Assembly: GCA_047495785.1 (NCBI GenBank)
Contig: JBLDXI010000046.1
Coordinates: 310,001 to 374,000 of the forward strand
DNA length: 64,000 nucleotides
Source: Lepidodermella squamata
Taxonomy: Eukaryota > Animalia > Gastrotricha
Direction of reading: 5' to 3'
Below the pieces are notes generated by a model that had not been told where the DNA came from, searched no databases, and was given only the letters and a program-made list of their open reading frames with translations. Below are positions 25,209-38,838 of the stretch, one piece after another. Position 1 is the stretch's first letter, and each line of letters begins with the position of its first letter. The translations under genes and the position numbers were made by a program.

Positions 25209-25353
25209 CGGCATCTACACAGACGAACAAGGGGGTGAAATCGATTTCACGTTTTTAGCAGCCGAACAACGCCGAGCAGAAAGTTTTAGAAATGTTTTCG
25301 CTGTTAAAAACGTGAAATCGATTTCAGCCCTTTGTTCGGCTGTGTAAATGCCG
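25209..25353. mobile_element. Palindromic MITE (PIF/Harbinger-like termini)
   Basis: ~50-bp inverted arms cggcatctacacagacgaacaa...gaaatcgatttcacgttttta / taaaaacgtgaaatcgatttc...ttgttcggctgtgtaaatgccg. Confidence 0.75.
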
Positions 25354-25887
25354 GCCTGGAATGCTGCTGCTGATTGTTATGCCGGAATTTGGGTAAGTTC
25401 CATAGGAGTATTCTATGCCGACAAGATGCGTCAGCTTTTCACAGGAGATAACAGGAGATATTTCACAGAATTTATAACGATAGGTTTAACTCTGGGAAAT
25501 GCTATTGAAAGTTAAGAAATAAGAACAATTGTGTTTTCACGAGAAAATGTAAGAAGTTCGAAGTTGAAAACGTTTGCTGGTCGTGCAACGACTAATTAGA
25601 TTAATAAAATAACGACCTTGTCCAGCCAGTTGCATGGTTTCAAGTTTCAATCACTACGGCAGATAAACCTATATTGGGCAACTGCGGCAGAAAATACAGG
25701 TTGCAAAACATGCAATGAATCACCCGACGTAAAGTCTCACGCCGAAGTCATAATAGCGATCAATTGACAAAACTGCTCGCTCGTTAAAGTTCAACTCATA
25801 ACTTGTTTAATAATGCCAATACGGAACTTCTTCACGGGAGAGATCGTTGAAGGCTCCGTGGCACATTTTGCTTATCCATATCTCGTG

Positions 25888-27709
25888 CTAAATGCAACCA
25901 CTTATTGGGCAGGCTTTGAAAAATATACGTAGATCAAGAGGCAATTTCTGAAAAAGTTTGCATACCATTAACACCTGTAAGTATAAGAGAAACATGTTTC
26001 GTATATTTGTTCATTCAGATCAAATTTCAGATCCACTCACGGGTTAAACAATCCGATCCCGTCCAGCCAGCATTGCACACGCAGTTTTGAGGACTCGTGC
26101 ACTGACCGCGAAGGTAGCAACCTTTGTTGCATGCAGCTAAAAGATGAAACAAATAAATAATGATCCAAACTCTTGAACGATTTCTGAGATTTCAGAAAGA
26201 CACGATTCACATTTTTAAGATGGCCCATCTATTGATTTATCTTAGATGGCAGATGACTTACGAGCGATGCAATCTGGCGGCTGCCAGTCTGACGTGCAGC
26301 TACATCTGTTCGGGCGAATGCAGGTGCCGCCATTAGGGCAGCCAGATGGACAGATGGCTAAATGGGTCAATTCAGCTATGTTGAGCTCTATTAGAGACGA
26401 TATACTTACGTGTATTGCAAAGCACACCAGCCCAACCTGGCGAACATGTGCATGTATTTGGAGCTAAGCAACTTCCGCCGATGCCACAGCCAGGATTGCA
26501 AGTTGCTAAGGATGCAAATTTTATAACAATGAGTGTGAATTGACTTTTAGGTTGGCCTACGAATTTCGCAATCCCATCCAGCCCATCCGGCCTGGCACGT
26601 GCATCTGTAGCCACCGATGTTCGCCAGATCGCCAACGCATGAGCCAGGTTGGCACTTCGAGGGACACGTGATCTCTGTTAGGAAGAACCCATTTACATTT
26701 TGATTTGAAGTTTTCGTCAAATTATTTGAGACACTGCGGCTGAACATGCTTCTATTAACTTCAAAGCAAAGTCGCTAATAGTTAATTTTGTACTAGTTTT
26801 ATGAGTTATGAGAATCAGATTGAATTTAAAAATCGCAATATCCGTCGAATGCATTTCCATTCCAATCCCGTGCAAGCTGTTCTCTTTTTCCTTACGATTT
26901 ATAAGCTGGCATTGTTGCCTCAAAATTGTCATTTGAGCCATGGATAAAGCGGCTTTGTGTATTGAAACACAAGCGTACTTCCTGTTGAACGAATTATTGT
27001 CAGCTAGCCTGAATAATTTCATTAATATTAGCCATCATTTCTCGATCAGTGCAACTGATATAACTAACCTTCTTCCTAATGTCAAAAGTGAGCTCGTGTT
27101 CACTTTAGATGCACTTATACTTGGGCTGACAGATGTATCGCAGACGGCGTAAAATGATGAAGTTGAAGCTTTGTAAATGATCGCAACGAATTGCCACGTC
27201 GTGAAACTACAAGCAACTTGCTGATTGCCCATGTTAGCATTCCCGAGGAATAGCACATTGGGCATGGGATCATTTCCGTCAGCAGGATTTAAACGCCATA
27301 AATGATCCATTACAAACCCATTCGCGGTCCATTCAAAAATAGAACCCATATTCGGAACGAAAACAAAACCAGCCATTGTGAACGAAGCTGCGCCCACGTC
27401 GACTCTGGCATCGTCAACTTCGATCCAACTTGTGCTGTCATTTTTGTTCGTCTCCCAGGACGTATTCGACGCCCCGAACGGTCCATCAGCCAGGACACCA
27501 ACATTCGAGTTGAAAACAGCGTCCAGCGAATTGCCTGATACGTCACGCAGGCCGAACAGCTGGTTGAATGGCCAAAAGGCAACCATATTTGGAAAATTTG
27601 CAATTTGATTATACTTGAATTGCGCAATGTACGTCTGACCATTTACTATCGAGTGGAGTAGGCAAATAGCAGAAATTAAATGTGATTTCATACGGAGAAA
27701 TTTGCACAT
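25888..27709 (-). CDS. Secreted LamG-like + 4 EGF protein, copy G2 (ends RVN-ACPISGCI*)
   Basis: Same 8-exon structure; microexon 25966-25974; GT-AG sites intact. Confidence 0.88.
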
Positions 27710-28461
27710 TTTTAGCCGAAATGAAAATGTTATGCAAAATCAGTTTTTATGCAAAATAAACGGATTTCCCACAATAGCATTAGAAAATTATGTCATGGTG
27801 TCATGAATATTGCATGAATCTGCGCACGGTGTGTTTTCGGGTTCCGGGCAACGAAAATATTACTCAGTTCCTTGATTTACTGCCGCTGGGATTTAAATAG
27901 CAGGTCCTGCTCACGCCCGATATTATTCAACGGTACGGCAGAACTGTGATACCCGTAGTTCGTATCGAACCTTTATGTAAGTCGAACATTTCACACCGAT
28001 ACCAGTATTTACGAGCTGTTGCCTTCGTGGTTGCTTGTTTGATGAATTTTCCACCGCATTCGCATTTGAATTTGAATTTGCTGCGGTCTATTATGCTGGC
28101 GAGCCGAAGAAACCAAAGGGCCCCCTGTGTTTTTTCAAAAAATTTTGATTGGCATCTTGGAGCTAAAAGAAACATTTGTTGCACCCTGTACTTCACACCC
28201 TGAGCGAGGTGGTGAACTGCGCCTCGTTTGATCACGGCGGTCTCGCGCCTCCACTCAACATGGAAACCTTGAACATGGATATCCAACAATTCTGAGATTT
28301 CTAGGTTCAGAGGTTCTACCGGCCAATTGCTGGAATGGAATAAAATGTGCCAACAAATTGATGGGTTGAAGTGATACACACGTGCTTATTTAATTACTGA
28401 CAGTTAACTCAAAAGAAATAACTCGAAACGTGTTTGAAGTTTGGGCAGATTATACAGGGTA

Positions 28462-29747
28462 CAGGGTGTAATTTTTAAGAAAATTCGACACGGCTATCAA
28501 TTTCTGGAAATTGCGGTTATTGGTGGAGAAAGCTAGACTAAAGCACACTTACATTAAATATTTTGCAATTGCGCTATGCGACAGGCGTAGTCAACCATGA
28601 CCAATTTCGCCTTATTCGCCGTAGTCACTACTCAGACTGCCATTATCTCCTCGTATTTCTACCAAATTTAATGGAAATTGTATAAATAATGCATTCAATG
28701 TAAGGGAATTATATGGGGAAATCGTCGATCGTCGAGATTCGAAGCGTGATCCACAAACCCGAAAATTAAATTGTGTATCAAATTTAGCGTAGCAAATTAG
28801 GTATCTTTGCCTGTTCAACTAGGGCTGATTTTTAAAATTAGAAGATCGCGTGATGTGGTTTGCCTTTGTAAATGGTCAATTCTATAGACTGGAAAGTAAT
28901 TTGTACGTAAATAAAAAAAATTAATAAGCAGTGTTACGTCATTTTTTTTCAACATGTGTATTGCGGATAAAAGCTGTACACTTTTAATGAATCTACCGTA
29001 CCGCCCGAAAAGTTACTCAACCTCGTACAGCTATACATTTCGGGCAATACGGTATTAAAAAATCCTATTAAAACCTTTGCTATAACTCGAATTTAAGAAA
29101 AACCGACGTGTCAATATGAGTCGAAATCGGTTAATTTTTCTAACAAATTGTTACTTGGCAACTTTACCCGCGATTCCAACGAAATGAAACGTTTCATCCA
29201 CTTATTTAATTCAATATCGAAACTTAATTTAGTTTAATATCGATTTAAAAGCAGTTGGTATTAATGGTAATTCGAAGCAATGCTAAGTGTGCACACTAGG
29301 CCCGCCTGCTCGTCGCATCGATAATAGATAATATCGTCAGCGTTGTTGAAGAAGTCGGATTCAGGCTTGTATGCGAGTCACTTTTCGAGTTAAACATGTC
29401 GGTAACAGCCAGTACTTGAATAATGTAACCTTATAGCGGGCAATGTTTTACCGCCCAATAACATGTAAACAACATTCTAAATGCGATTTTGTCAACGACG
29501 GCAACGATATGGCATCACGGTCACGGCGGCGGCGTTCTCTCAAAATCTGAAATTGCATCAATGTTAGAGGTAACTTGAGTGCCGAAGGGTATAGCCTTAT
29601 CCAAGCAAGTCAATCTCCTTCCAAGTTAAAATCTCACCTTTCAGACGTCGCGAACAGATCGAGCAACCTTGAATCGCAATACCTCTACATTATTGCCTAT
29701 TTCCAGAAATTGATAGCCGTGTCGAATTTTCTTAAAAATTACACCTG
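28462..29747. mobile_element. Non-autonomous Tc1/mariner-like element
   Basis: ~48-bp TIR cag(g)gtgtaatttttaagaaaattcgacacggctatcaatttctggaaat at both ends, TA at the left; it lies within further repeat-like non-coding DNA (~28100-30600). Confidence 0.8.
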
Positions 29748-30699
29748 GAGATAGATCTCAATGAGACGTGAATTATGCATATTTTCTTGGAATTTTTGTA
29801 TTCATAATTTTAAAATTTACCGTCCCGGCAAATGTCAAAAAATGTCAATTTCGAAATTTTGCGACCGCTTTTGTCTAACAATAGCGCGGCTTCTCTATTT
29901 TGGGGCGCGACGAGCTTGGATTCATTTGAAAGCCAGCAAAAATTGCTATCAGTCGTATCATTTTCTTTCATTTTGGAGGAGACAGTTTTCGTAGAAATGA
30001 GAGAAAAAATGACCTTTTTTTAATGCTTTGGTCTAGCCACGCGTTGCTTTAATAAAAGCACGTTTTTGTTTACTTAGCAGATGGTGACCTTTGCACCGCG
30101 AGATTTTGACAACATTAGAGGATAGACAGTTTCACATCTTAACCTTTATCTATGAATTTTAGAGTTTTGGGATTCTACGAAGCTCGAATTTTGAGACCTT
30201 GCACTTCCCCAATAACCATTTTCATGCAGAAAAAAAATGACTACGCTTTTGGAACCCAGTTTTCTTTTTCATAAACCGAAAACTAGTCTTCTGGCATTTC
30301 CCCAATGTTTTCAGCTTGAATTTAAAAAAAAATATGTATGAAAGTTCGCACCCGAAAAAATATCAAATACGGCGTGAAGCCTAATATAGCTGATGAATCA
30401 TAAACCAGTGAATTATTTCATAAAGCCATTAAAAACACAGAGAAGCTGGATTTTAATCAACATGTTTATATATGACTACAATCGATATTAACCAAGCATT
30501 CCAAATATGCTAAAATTATTTCTCAAAACATCATAGATTTCGTGAAAATGAGAAGAAAGTACAAGCGCGCCTGAAATTACTGCACGTAATGGCGAGATGC
30601 TGCTTTTTTATTTGAAATATTTAATCGGCCATTTTTTGCTGTCACCGCGAAATCACGCGATCAAAAAGCAGTTTTTTGCAATCCGAATAATTTTGCATG

Positions 30700-30820
30700 G
30701 AGAAGATAGGGAGGGTCGAGTCCCTCTATCTACTATTACTCTTCTATTACTACTATTACTATTCTACTATTACTATTAATCTACTATTAGTCCCAAGCCG
30801 AAAGCCTTTCGGAGACTGTA
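30700..30820. repeat. (TAC/TAT)n microsatellite between two short hairpins
   Basis: gatagggag...tccctctatc, then tactat repeats, then ccgaaag-c-ctttcgg. Confidence 0.5.
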
Positions 30821-31038
30821 ATCTAGAACATATGGCGGTAGGAACTGTCATGTTTGAATGGCGGTGTGAATCCCAAAAGCTTCATAGAAACAACTTTGAA
30901 AGGAAAATAGTTTATTGGGATTGAAAATGCCGTCATCAAAAACTTCGACTTCGATGATTCATTTTATTATAGTAAACCTTTTTTCAAATGTACAAATCAG
31001 AGATAAGGTTGATAATCAAGGTTTAGAACTTGGGACTT

Positions 31039-32129
31039 TCATTTCAATTTTTCGGCGATCATTTGTTCGGTCTTGTCCCACAAACGAGAAGCCATAACGT
31101 CATCATGAGCGAACGGGTAAGTCTCCTCTTTAGCCGAATCCCTAAACAGCAAAAAATCCAGAATTAACCTAATTAACGAGTACTTGAAATAGATAACTCA
31201 CGAAAAATATTTCCCGGAATAAATGTCGATGCCAGGCGTTGTCGCACAGTAGACTGACGTAGCCGCACCTTGGTTCGGATTACGAAACAACGTTTTGCGA
31301 ATCAAATTCAAACCAGGCAAACTCCATGGCGTGTTGTTGAGAATTTTCGTGTCAACAGCACCAGGGTTAACACTGTAGAACGTGACTCCAGAGGGCGTTG
31401 GATAGTTGAGGCGGCGATTGAGTTCGTGCGCAAACAGAATGTTACCGAGTTTCGACTGGCTGTAAGACGCTAAGCCAAAGTACCACGATTTTTCGTAGTT
31501 GGGATCTTCGATGTTGAAACCCCAAGGCAAGCATAATTTGTAGAGCAGCGATGCGACAACGACAACGCGAGCTGGGGCAGATCTATTGAAATGACAAATT
31601 AGGAAAATGAATGACGAAATCAATACAAAAATAATCGAATTTAAAATTCAAAATACAAAAAATAGTTTCCAAATTTTTTGCTTGCCTTAAAATCTTACTT
31701 TTTCAATAGGTCGAGAAGCAGCTTGGTGAGCAGGAAATGGCCCAGGTAGTTTGTGCCGAATCCAAGTTCAAAGCCATCTCGAGTTGTCTTTCTTGTGATA
31801 TTCGGTGGATAAACGCCCGCATTGTTGACCAGAAGATTCAACTGCTTCTCCTCGGCGATGATCTGCTCAGCAAATTTTCGAACCGATTCCAGCGATGCCA
31901 GATCGATATGGCGAACGGCAAGCCGTCGTTCGGCCTCTTCTTCGTTGTGAACATTGGCTTTCTCGCGAATGTATTTGACAGCATCACGACCGGAATCCAA
32001 ATTGCGGCAAGCGATGGTGACTCGACCAGCTCCCCGTTTGATTAGCTCGAGGGCGGTCTCACGGCCGATTCCGGAATTGCCGCCAGTTACAATGCAAACC
32101 TTGCCTTTGATATCCCAAAATTCTGCCAT
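31039..32129 (-). CDS. RDH11-14-like SDR, copy 5 (exons 32129-31699, 31582-31202, 31141-31039)
   Basis: TGGNSGIG, NNAG, NYLGHF, YSQSK and VNPG motifs; same intron positions as the other copies. Confidence 0.92.
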
Positions 32130-32526
32130 ATTGAATTTCAGGCGTTCTAATAACGACCAGTTTTTGTTTTTAGACAAGGCTTGCTGCTGAATGGGATAAC
32201 ATGTTAGGACGGCCATTTCACTGCATAATAACCACGTGATCATCCAATTATTGACATGATTAATCCTTCTTTATCACAGCCATAATGTCGAATCTTGTTG
32301 GGATCGAACTTGGTTCCGATTAGGAATTCAAATTTATTACTTCGAAATAAGATAACGGGTTGTTACAGTATGTTGGCAAAAGATATTTCCAGAGTGTAGA
32401 AAAAGTCATTTTCGTGTCGATTGTAGATAGATTTTTGCGGTTTGAGAAAGTCGGAATTGGTCAAACTTGATAACTTTGCTGAGATCTTTATAGGCTCGGT
32501 GGCACATTTCGCTTATCCATATTCTG

Positions 32527-34537
32527 CTAAATGCAGCCACTCACCGGGCAGGCTTTGAAAATTATGTAGATCAAAATGCAATTTCTGAAAGAGTTTTCAT
32601 ACCGTTAGTACCTGTATAAAGCATAAAAAACAAACGTTTTTCGTTTTTAGTTCATTTCAGATCAACTCACGGGTTGAACAATCCGATCCCGTCCAACCAG
32701 CATTGCACACGCAGTTTTGAGGACTCTTGCACTGGCCGCGAAGGTAGCAACCTTTACTGCATGCAGCTAAAAGATTAAAAAAATGAATAATGATTCAAAC
32801 TCTTGAGCCTTTTCTGAGACTTCAGAAAGACATGATTCACATTTTTAAGATGGCTCATCTCACATCATCTATTGATTTATCTTAGTTGGCAGATGACTTA
32901 CGAGCGATGCAATCTGGCGGCTGCCAGTCTGACGTGCAGCTACATCGGTTCGGGCGAATGCAGGTGCCGCCATTAGGGCAGCCAGATGGACAGATGGCTA
33001 AATGGGTCAATACAGTTATTGTAATGAGTTCCATTTGTCGATTTCAGACGACTATACTTACGCGTATCGCAAAGCGTACCGGCCCAACCTGGTGAGCATG
33101 TGCAATTATTCGCAGTCAAGCAACTTCCGCCGATGCCACAGCCAGGATTGCACGTTGCTTCGGAAACATAAGAATATAAACAATAACAGAGAAAGCGTTT
33201 GTTCAGCTTACGTATGCTGCAATCCCAGCCAGCCCAACCGGCTTGGCATGTGCATCTGAAGCCACCCATGCTCGTAAGATCACCGACGCATGAGCCATTT
33301 TGGCACTTTGAGGGGCACGTGATCTCTGTCACGATGAAAAGCTTTAGACGATAGTTGATAGGTAGAAGCTTGCTCATCTAATAATTGATACTTAGAAGAC
33401 CTGGCATTGATAGGTCTCCGATATAGGGGCCGAGGAAGCTGGATCATGGAAAATATTTACTACCTTCCATATACTAATTGTTCCGAGTGTTTCCTTACCG
33501 TTGATAGAGCTATTAGAACAATTTTCCAGCCTTTGAATTTCCTAGCATCTGGGAGAAAGGGGAGTGGGAAAGGGTACCTATTTCAGCCCCGAATTTTCAG
33601 CCCGAGCAGAAACAACCTGTTGCCCTTACAGATAAAACAAATATGTTTTACCCCCATGGCATGAAGCAGATAAAATGATCGCGCTAAAGCGAACAAGCCT
33701 TCTCTCCATTAGGAAGACAAGACGTAGTTACTAACGGTTAATAAGCTGGCATTGTTCTCTCAAAATTGCCATTTGGGCCAGGGATAAAGCAGCTTTGTGT
33801 ATTGATATACAGGCGTATTTTCTGTTGTACGATGCCAGTTCGACCACTCTGAAAGACAATTTCATTTATCATTTTCTCAATAAATCTGCTAGATATGGTA
33901 ACCTCCGTCCAAAGGTCAAAATTGAGCTAGTCACGGCTGGAGTGTTGGTAAAACTTGGGGTGACAGCTGTATCGCAAACACCGTAAACTGATGAGTTTGC
34001 AGCGTTGTAAATCATTGCAACGAATTGCCAAGTCGTGAAATTACACGAGACTTCCGTCGTGTTCGCGCTTGGATTACCCACGTGTAGTATATTGGGCGTC
34101 TGATCACCAGGATTTTGTTTACTATAGCGCCATACATTACCTCTGTATGTTCCAGGTAAGCTCCATTCCCAAAGAGAACCAATACGCGGGGCAAAGACAT
34201 ATCCGGCGATTGTGAACGAAGATGAGCCCATGTCGATTCTAGTATCGCTAACCTCGATCCAACTCGAATTGTCAGCTTTGTTTGTCTCCCAAGCTGTATT
34301 TGGTGCCCCGAAAGGTCCATCAGCTAAAACAGCTCTGTTCGTTTTGAAAACAGCATCCAGCGAATTGCCAGATACGTCGCGCGTGCCGAACAGCTCATTG
34401 AACGGCCAAAACGCGACAACATTCGGAAAATTTACGGCTTGATTAGCGTTGAATTGTGCAACGTACGCCTGGCCGTTCACCAGGCAGTGAAACAAGCTAG
34501 CGGCAAGGATGAAATGTTTGTAGAGAAAATTGCTCAT
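32527..34537 (-). CDS. Secreted LamG-like + 4 EGF protein, copy G3 (ends RTN-ACPVSGCI*)
   Basis: Same exon structure; microexon 32603-32611. Confidence 0.88.
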
Positions 34538-36020
34538 GCTCAACCTTCAACCTACAAAGAAAATTGCATTGATGTTCGAGAATTTTGCGCTTTGCGAGTG
34601 AAACATGCCATAAAAAATTAATGAAACTGCGCTCGGTTCGCCTCCAGGATTCAGCAGCACGAAGCTATGAGTGATAATTCTCAGCGCGCTTACACCTGAA
34701 ATGTTGGTGTCGAAGGAGAACCTTTCCTGCTGTACTTCTGCTTTTTACGCCGTTCTGCTCATACTGCTACGATCTGTCGTGTGTCATATTAGATGAGTTT
34801 CACTCTGATTTTATTGATAGCAGCGTGTTAAGAATGCATGGAAATAGCAATAGCCGTTGTTATAGGTTGGCCCTATGATTTTTGTCATCGATTCTGCATG
34901 TTTCTTGTGGCATTGAAGAGACAAAGGCAGTTTTGCAATACCGCTCAATACTACGATACAGGAATACTGTGGTTTAAGGTTCAAGACGACTAAGAAAAAT
35001 GCAAAACAGCTAATAGAAAACAGGTGTAAAAAGCTTGCGAAAAAGTAAGTTAAACTTGGGCGCGCATGCTGATTGGTCCATTACTCCGGAATGAAACAAT
35101 TTTGTCGTGCGATCCACTACTAATAAAATATTCTATATTTATGTAAAAAATGACCTTGCCACACCCTCTGCACTCATTTCGCGAAGTTCAAAAAGAATTA
35201 TGATTAGCTCAAACTTTATATCGTTGGATAGAGCAAAAATCAAATAAGATCCTAGTATATTTCTCGGAACTTTTCGGCTTAAAATGAAAAATTGTACCGT
35301 CCTGAAAGACTCTTAGAATGGCAATTTTTCGTAAAAGTGACCACCTTTAAGAAAATGTTAAAAAAGTTAGAAAAAAACCGTGTCATGAGACGGGACTCAT
35401 TCGTTAGAGGAGCGCTTCTAGTAATCCGGAAAATGTGTTAGAAATTTGTGAGAATTGAAACATTTTCTCAGGGAATTTTATAAAATAATTAAAAATCGGA
35501 AAAATTACAATGGGCGATGAGTGAATAAAAATGAAGATCGCATGCCCACTTTTTCACGTTTTGGTGTGAATTGATTTACTATAGGAGGATCGCCAGTTTC
35601 CGATCTGTATAGAGTTGTCTATGATAGGCATATTTGCGTCGAAACGGCCATCAAAAAATAAAAGTCAAAAAATTGAAAAGAGGAACAGGTTGATGAAAAA
35701 ATCGTAGAGAAAAAGATGGACTTGTCAATTCGTGAAACAGCTTGATTATTTTGTTTAGTTTCATTAGATATATCGGTGTCGGTGATTTGATTTGATTGAT
35801 TCAATCCCATAAAAATGGGACAATGATTGATTCTGATTGATTGAAGGAGATCTATAATTTAAGCTATAACTCAAATCAAATCAAATCCGAGGCTCCTGCA
35901 AACCGTAAGGGTAAAATAGGGTCAATTTCGGTAATAATAATAACTTAATAATGCCCTTAGATCGAATTACATAAAATAAAAGTAACTAAGAACAATGATG
36001 GCAACAATGCAACATAGTTG

Positions 36021-37025
36021 TTAATTGATAGCCGTAAAATAGCCGTAAAAGGCTAACGCAGCACTTATTGCAGCAACAAACGGAATAGCACATAAGAAAT
36101 AGCATGGATCATCTTCGCTTCTACATTTGTGGACAAAATATTTTGCGGTGCAGGTAAACCAAGATAGATAACTAAGAAGAGAGTAATTTAGTGATTCTGT
36201 AAAAGTTTCCGAAGGCATCATTGTTAATGTTGCTGTTGTTGCTGTTGTTGCTGTTGTTCAGCCGACGCGAGCATAATACCGAAAAAATGCTTATGGACAT
36301 GACGGTCATAGAAAAAAAGCCAAGATGTATAAGCCAAATCCAATAGTTGTTAAATTCAGGAATTAGATAATAAGAAGATGGTACACAATTTGCAGACCAG
36401 TCGACGCTAGTAATAACTTTCCAGCAAGGCACTATTAGAGCTGTACGAACTAGTGCCAGAAAAGTGATGAATACGAGTTTGAGGATTCTGGTAAGCTTTG
36501 TTGTTGAACAAGTGCAATCGCATTTTGATGGAGGAGCATTCCATTCTTTGCGAACTTCTTTCAAATCCTTTATCAGCTCAAATGTTGTTATTAAAAGAAG
36601 GAAACTGCATGACATCCAAAACGGAATTGAATAGAAAACAAATTCACTCCCTCCGCAGAAACAGAATTGCGGCTTTGTTTAGTTTATTCTTATTAAATTG
36701 AAAACATACCATATTCGGCAAGTCCAACAAACGCAACAAATGAGTCCGGGGTTTGTAGGCATGAATCAAATATAGCCCATGCTGTTGTGTTGGTGCTCTC
36801 GGTAGCATTCAAAAACTGCTGATAGGCAGCCGACCTCACATAAATGTACATGGGGCTGGTTGTGTTAGTATAATTGAAAGGCAATTGTAAATCAATATAA
36901 TCCCCACATGATTCTTCAAAAGGAATGTATGACATTACTACGTGATATATTATCATGGCGATGGCAAACAGCGATTTTGAAACGCTGAATATTGTTAGTC
37001 CAACACCAAAGGAACATCCTGCCAT
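36021..37025 (-). CDS. Orphan multi-pass membrane protein, exon structure uncertain, possibly disrupted
   Basis: Three consecutive ORF pieces with several hydrophobic helices, an N-glycosylation-site-rich loop (NYTNTT, NATESTNTT) and Cys pairs; the joins need very short introns or a frameshift. Confidence 0.45.
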
Positions 37026-38838
37026 TTCTCCGTGATTTTTCAAATTCTTGGGTTTGACGATAACAATTGAAACTGATTTGTCACGCAGCAATTGCCTCTC
37101 TCAAAATTTAAATAATAAGATGGGAATTATAAATATTCTTATCATTTTGCATAGTTTCTACGAACGTTTGTTATCTATTTTGAAAATTTCTATTCAATAG
37201 ACAAACACGAAAAAACAAGAAAAAACAAACACTCAATTAATTCCCACCACACGAGGAACAAAAGATAAGCATGAACCTGCATAGGCATGCATATACCATA
37301 TTTTATCGAATAGCATCCAACCTCAAATATTAACCCCATCGAATATCCCGAGCAGAAAAAATAGGTCTATTTCCGTGTAAATTTATCTTATTCCATGTAA
37401 CCAGATGTTATTACATGGAATTTACTGCTGAGACAGAGATATGCCATGGCATTGAACGCAATGCCTTGCCACATATTCCATGGAATTGACAAGAATTACA
37501 TGGCATCTTTTCGACCGCCTAATTCCATGGAAGTTCTGTCAATTCCACTGTCAAATGACGCAAAAATGCCATGGAATCAAAGCCAATGCCAAGTAAATAT
37601 AAAAAACGAGCCGATGCAACGGCATTAGGAATTATATTCCAGAAGTGATAAGGACATATGGAAATGATATGGAAATGACTGTGGTGTTGATTTTTAATAG
37701 CGAACAAAGCGAGATACCTCTAAGTTCGAGTCTGCAAAATGCTTGCAGCGGCTGCTCGGTTTCATTCCTCATTTTTTCCTAATTAAGCGTGACCTAGGAT
37801 GATCGTAATTTACAAGGAGCTGGCTGAAAGGGGTATCATGAGGGGTATCGTACCCCCCAGTTCGGTAGGCCAAAGTCGAAAAAACCCAAAAATCCACAGG
37901 GGGTACCCTTTTGTCATAAAATTTGGTCCCGGAAATACCCCCTAGTTGGAGGATCCTACTTCCGCGCACTGGATGAAAGGCATCTTGAAATGAGAAAAAT
38001 GGTTCAGCTTGATTATTTCAGTTGTTCATGTATTCATTCATTGTGACGCCGAAATTTCATCTCAAGAAAATTCTGAATAACTTCCGGTGAATTTCCGATG
38101 AATCCTTTTGCAACTTGCCCTTTGCAACCTCATCTTTCCTTCTTCTATCTTGTATATGATTGAGTTTTGTAATAAAAAATAAAACTTTGTAAAATAAAAA
38201 TTAATCAACTCTAACCTCTAACTCAACCCATGATCATATGTACCTAGTATTGTCCACTGTTTATAAATTCAATTTTTGTAAAAATAATGTTGTAAATGTT
38301 GTGTGGAAAACCGCCTTAGTGCGAATTAATGCACATACTGAACGGTTATCACGATCAAGCTGAGACCCAATATCATTTTTATAAGGTATTCCTTGTCATT
38401 TTTAATGGCGGAAATAAGCTTTAAATAAATGTTCGTATACAGTATTTCATTTCTTGCACTAACATTCTCTCAGTCTGAATCGACGCATCAAATAAGAAAG
38501 ATCAAACGGATTATCATTGATAGATTCAACTAGTAAAAGTTATGGATCATTAACAATAAGAAGAAACGTGTTTTCACTGCAAAAAGTGAAAAATCGAAAG
38601 TTGAAACAATTTAGTCGTGCAATCCGCAATGATAAATCAATAAAATAATGACATTTTCATGCCTGTTGCATTGCTTTTAATTACTACGGCAGAGAAACGT
38701 TACACTTGTTCCATAATGCTTAAACAAGATGCCTTATTTCTTCACAGGAGAGAATTGGTGGCCGCTTATCCAACTTGTGCTAATTGCCTAATGGGCAGGC
38801 GTTGACAAAATGGCGGTCAGGGTACAATTTCTACAATT

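Noticed and set aside
27927-28379. 150-aa ORF upstream of G2
   Set aside because: Spans G2/G4-shared upstream DNA and repeat sequence; non-ATG start; no motif.
37370-37970. ccatggaa and ggggtac motif clusters
   Set aside because: Probably old MITE remnants, but termini and TSD could not be defined.
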